This document shows, piece by piece, positions 58,648 to 64,000 of a stretch of DNA of 64,000 bases. The notes under the pieces are model-generated. The model made no database searches. It was not told where the DNA came from and was given only the letters and a program-made list of their open reading frames with translations. The first letter of the stretch is position 1. Each line of letters starts with the position of its first letter. The position numbers and the translations under genes were made by a program. The DNA is from Blastocatellia bacterium. GTDB lineage: Bacteria; Acidobacteriota; Blastocatellia; RBC074. The DNA lies in the NCBI GenBank assembly GCA_033763135.1, contig JANRKY010000148.1, positions 2,277-66,276 of the forward strand, in the 5' to 3' direction.

Positions 58648-60078
58648 TTGCTCTGCCGCCTGACTGATCAATTCAAAAACACATCAAAGGAAGTCGTTGT
58701 GAATACACCCGTAAACGTACTGATCCTCGCGGCCGGTCTGGGCACGCGAATGAAGAGCGAGCAGGCCAAGGTCCTGCACAACCTCGGAAGTCGATCGCTC
58801 ATCGCCCACGCGCTGCACACCGCCGAACAACTCGATCCCGAAAGGATCTTCGTCGTGGTCGGCCACCAGGCGGAGAAGGTCGAAGAGACGGCCCGGGCCT
58901 CGGTCGAGGCCGCGACCGCCGACAAACTCGGCTTTGTTCTGCAGGCGGAGCAGCACGGCACGGGCCACGCGGTCCTCTGCGCGGCCGACGCCCTGAAGGA
59001 GGCCCGGGGCCTGCTGGTCGTCTGTTATGGAGACACGCCGCTCATCAAGGCGGAGACGCTCCGCAAGCTGATCGCCGCGCACGAAGCGGGCCGCAACGCG
59101 GCCACGCTGCTGACGATCCGCATCGAGAACCCGCCCGCCTATGGGCGCATCATCCGCGACGCCGCGGGCCGGTTTCTGAAGATCGTCGAGCAGAAGGACT
59201 GCACGCCGGAACAGCGCGCGATCACGGAACTCAATCCCGGCATCTACTGCTTCGACATCCCGGCGCTGCTCGACGCGCTCGGGAAGCTGACGCCCGCCAA
59301 CGCGCAGGGCGAGTACTATCTGACCGACGTGCCGGAGCACATGCTGGCGGCGGGGCTCCCGGTCGACACGGTCTTTCACGAGGACGCCGGCGAACTCGAC
59401 GGAATCAATTCGCGCGTCGATCTCGCCGCGATGTGGAAGCGGCTGCGCCGCGAGACGCTCGAGCGCCTCATGCTCTCCGGCGTGACGATCATCGATCCCG
59501 ATTCGACCTATATCGACGAGACGGCCGTCATCGGCCGCGACACGATCATTCATCCGCAGGTGATCATCGAGGGACGAACGCGAATCGGCGATCGCTGCGA
59601 GATTCATTCCTGGTCCCACCTGACCAACGTCGAGATCGGCGACGATTGCCGCGTGCTCAATTCCTGCGTCCTCGTGGACACCCGCCTGACAGGCCGGAAC
59701 AGCGTCGGCCCCTTCGCCCACCTGCGAATGCGCGCGGAACTGGCGGAAGAGGCCGTCGTCGGCAATTTCGTCGAGGTCAAGAAGTCCCGGCTCGGCCGCA
59801 AGACCAAATCCATGCACCTGACCTATCTCGGCGACGCGACCCTCGGCGATCGCGTCAACATCGGCGCGGGAACCATCACCTGCAATTACGACGGAAAACA
59901 GAAACATCCCACCACCATCGAAGACGACGTGAAGATCGGTTCGAGCACCATGCTCGTCGCCCCGGTCACCGTCGGACGCGGCGCCGTCTCAGGCGCCGGT
60001 TCCGTCATCACCCGGGACGTCCCCGAAGACTCGCTCGTCGCCGGCGTCCCCGCCCAGGTCAAAAAGAAGCTGCGTTGA
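58648..60078 (+). CDS. glmU: bifunctional UDP-N-acetylglucosamine pyrophosphorylase / glucosamine-1-phosphate N-acetyltransferase
   Basis: N-terminal nucleotidyltransferase ([12 protein letters not shown]) plus C-terminal left-handed beta-helix hexapeptide repeats. The start may be the GTG at 58699. Confidence 0.9.
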   Translation: MLCRLTDQFKNTSKEVVVNTPVNVLILAAGLGTRMKSEQAKVLHNLGSRSLIAHALHTAEQLDPERIFVVVGHQAEKVEETARASVEAATADKLGFVLQAEQHGTGHAVLCAADALKEARGLLVVCYGDTPLIKAETLRKLIAAHEAGRNAATLLTIRIENPPAYGRIIRDAAGRFLKIVEQKDCTPEQRAITELNPGIYCFDIPALLDALGKLTPANAQGEYYLTDVPEHMLAAGLPVDTVFHEDAGELDGINSRVDLAAMWKRLRRETLERLMLSGVTIIDPDSTYIDETAVIGRDTIIHPQVIIEGRTRIGDRCEIHSWSHLTNVEIGDDCRVLNSCVLVDTRLTGRNSVGPFAHLRMRAELAEEAVVGNFVEVKKSRLGRKTKSMHLTYLGDATLGDRVNIGAGTITCNYDGKQKHPTTIEDDVKIGSSTMLVAPVTVGRGAVSGAGSVITRDVPEDSLVAGVPAQVKKKLR

Positions 60079-60112
60079 CGCGCCCAAACTCCATACAAGA
60101 AAGGAAGCGCAT

Positions 60113-60664
60113 ATGTTCTGCCCCCAATGCGGCGCCCCCGCCGAGGCAGCGACGAAATTCTGCAAATCGTGCGGTCTCAAACTGGCGGAGCACGGACGCC
60201 TGCTCGAAGAACAGCGCGGCGAGGGACCGGGAAACACGCCGGAATGGCTCCGCGAGAAGCGCGTGTCGACCGGGGTGGTCGTCCTGCTCGTCAGCGTCTT
60301 CAATCTCGTGCTCTTCTTCCTGATCTTCGGCGTGACCGCCCTGGCGAACCTGGGAAATCCCGAATTTCGGGCCGCGGGCACGATGCAGCTCGTCGTCTTC
60401 CTGCTCACGTCGCTGCTCACCGCGGGCATCGGCATCGGCAATCTGATCGCCGGCGGGTTCTTTCGCAACTTCCGCGAGCGCCAGCTCAAGGTCGAACTGG
60501 CGCTGCTCGAACAGCGGCGCAAGAAACTGGAGAATCAGACTCAAAAACCCCCGGCCGCGCTTCCTTTCCCTAATCACGATGCCGGCATCCCGGACATCAC
60601 CGAACACACCACCCGGGAACTCGCTCCCATCGCGGTCACCAATCGAACCATCTCAGGAGAATAA
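60113..60664 (+). CDS. zinc-ribbon domain membrane protein
   Basis: 183 aa with an N-terminal CPQCG..CKSCG zinc ribbon followed by two TM helices. It lies between glmU and glmS. Confidence 0.45.
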   Translation: MFCPQCGAPAEAATKFCKSCGLKLAEHGRLLEEQRGEGPGNTPEWLREKRVSTGVVVLLVSVFNLVLFFLIFGVTALANLGNPEFRAAGTMQLVVFLLTSLLTAGIGIGNLIAGGFFRNFRERQLKVELALLEQRRKKLENQTQKPPAALPFPNHDAGIPDITEHTTRELAPIAVTNRTISGE

Positions 60665-60669
60665 CCCTC

Positions 60670-63480
<2,811 letters not shown>

Positions 63481-63506
63481 ATCGACCCGCCATCCGACCG
63501 ATGGAA

Positions 63507-63588
63507 AAGAGAGCCCCCGCGAGGAGTGAAGAACGCGAGTTCCGTACGCGCTGTTCTTCGCCCCTCGCGGGGGCTCTCTTTTTTTCCA
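63507..63588 (+). terminator. rho-independent terminator after glmS
   Basis: aagagagcccccgcgagg ... cctcgcgggggctctc followed by TTTTTTT. Confidence 0.75.
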
Positions 63589-63754
63589 CGACAAAATCGA
63601 AAAAAAGCGCGCGGCTGAGCCTTTTCGCCGGCCGATTCCGCATGGGTTCGGCGAGGCGAAGAAGAAGCGCGTCGGCGATCGATTGAATTCCGTGTTCACT
63701 GCGAGTACAACACCTCCGACGCGACAACCGACCATTCCAGCAGAGTTGCAACAT

Positions 63755-64000
63755 ATGTCAGAGGTCACGCGCATGGAAAATCCGACCGATACCCAGGAAA
63801 CCCGCCCCTATCCGAAGACGATTGTGGAGCCGGAGCGCTGGCAACAGATCAAGGACCTGATCAATGCGGCGCTGGAGCTGGCGGCGGACGATCGCGAGAA
63901 GTTCCTGCGGCAGACCTGCGGCGAAGATCATGAATTGCGGCGGGAGGTCGAGCGCCTGCTGGCCTCGTACCCGGGCGGCGACAGCTTTCTGGAAGCGCCC
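63755..64000 (+). CDS. serine/threonine protein kinase, N-terminal fragment (runs off window end)
   Basis: Own translation MSEVTRMENPTDTQETRPYPKTIVEPERWQQIKDLINAALELAADDREKFLRQTCGEDHELRREVERLLASY. It is homologous to the N-terminus of the kinase at 36156..39155. Confidence 0.6.
   Translation, partial: MSEVTRMENPTDTQETRPYPKTIVEPERWQQIKDLINAALELAADDREKFLRQTCGEDHELRREVERLLASYPGGDSFLEAP

Overview
High-GC (about 65-68%) bacterial chromosomal segment, most likely from an Acidobacterium. The main clue is a 988-aa secreted protein carrying two copies of the Solibacter-type uncharacterized C-terminal domain, together with several Ser/Thr kinase genes whose N-termini follow the acidobacterial ERWQQIKDL pattern. 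Most of the window is housekeeping. On the minus strand there is a hisZ-hisG-hisD-hisC-...-hisB operon preceded by thrB and a ThiF-like E1 gene. Also present are ileS-lspA-lgt, topA, valS-nadC, bamD, rpe, greA, mdh, icd, yvcK, glmU and glmS. Accessory or unusual content: (1) a DUF433/DUF5615 toxin-antitoxin-like pair sits inside the his operon between hisC and hisB. (2) A roughly 1 kb low-GC islet carries a retropepsin-like aspartyl protease and a translationally coupled upstream partner; it lies in the middle of a polysaccharide-export locus (a Wzt-type ABC ATPase with C-terminal carbohydrate-binding domain plus a GT4-methyltransferase fusion). (3) An XisH/XisI pair is next to an AlbA_2/RecG-C-terminal-like ATPase and comEA/comEC. 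(4) glmS is interrupted by a 315-aa intein with no recognisable homing-endonuclease motifs. (5) A 1 kb non-coding region upstream of topA contains four stem-loops that share the identical loop CCTCACT over different, compensating stems, plus an alternative-pairing repeat module and a (CAACCGA)n tandem repeat. (6) At least seven families of palindromic REP-like elements, each built from a short repeated unit (CACGGGG, CACGAAG, CAGGAT, CAACCGA, CGACGCGGCG, GGAACAAAC, GTTTGGAGTTCCGCCTTCAGGC), are scattered through intergenic and intra-operon junctions, including a 155-bp near-perfect palindrome and a roughly 300-bp MITE-like element. No rRNA, tRNA or CRISPR was recognised. Many of the long ORFs in the six-frame track are antisense artefacts of the high GC content and were not called.
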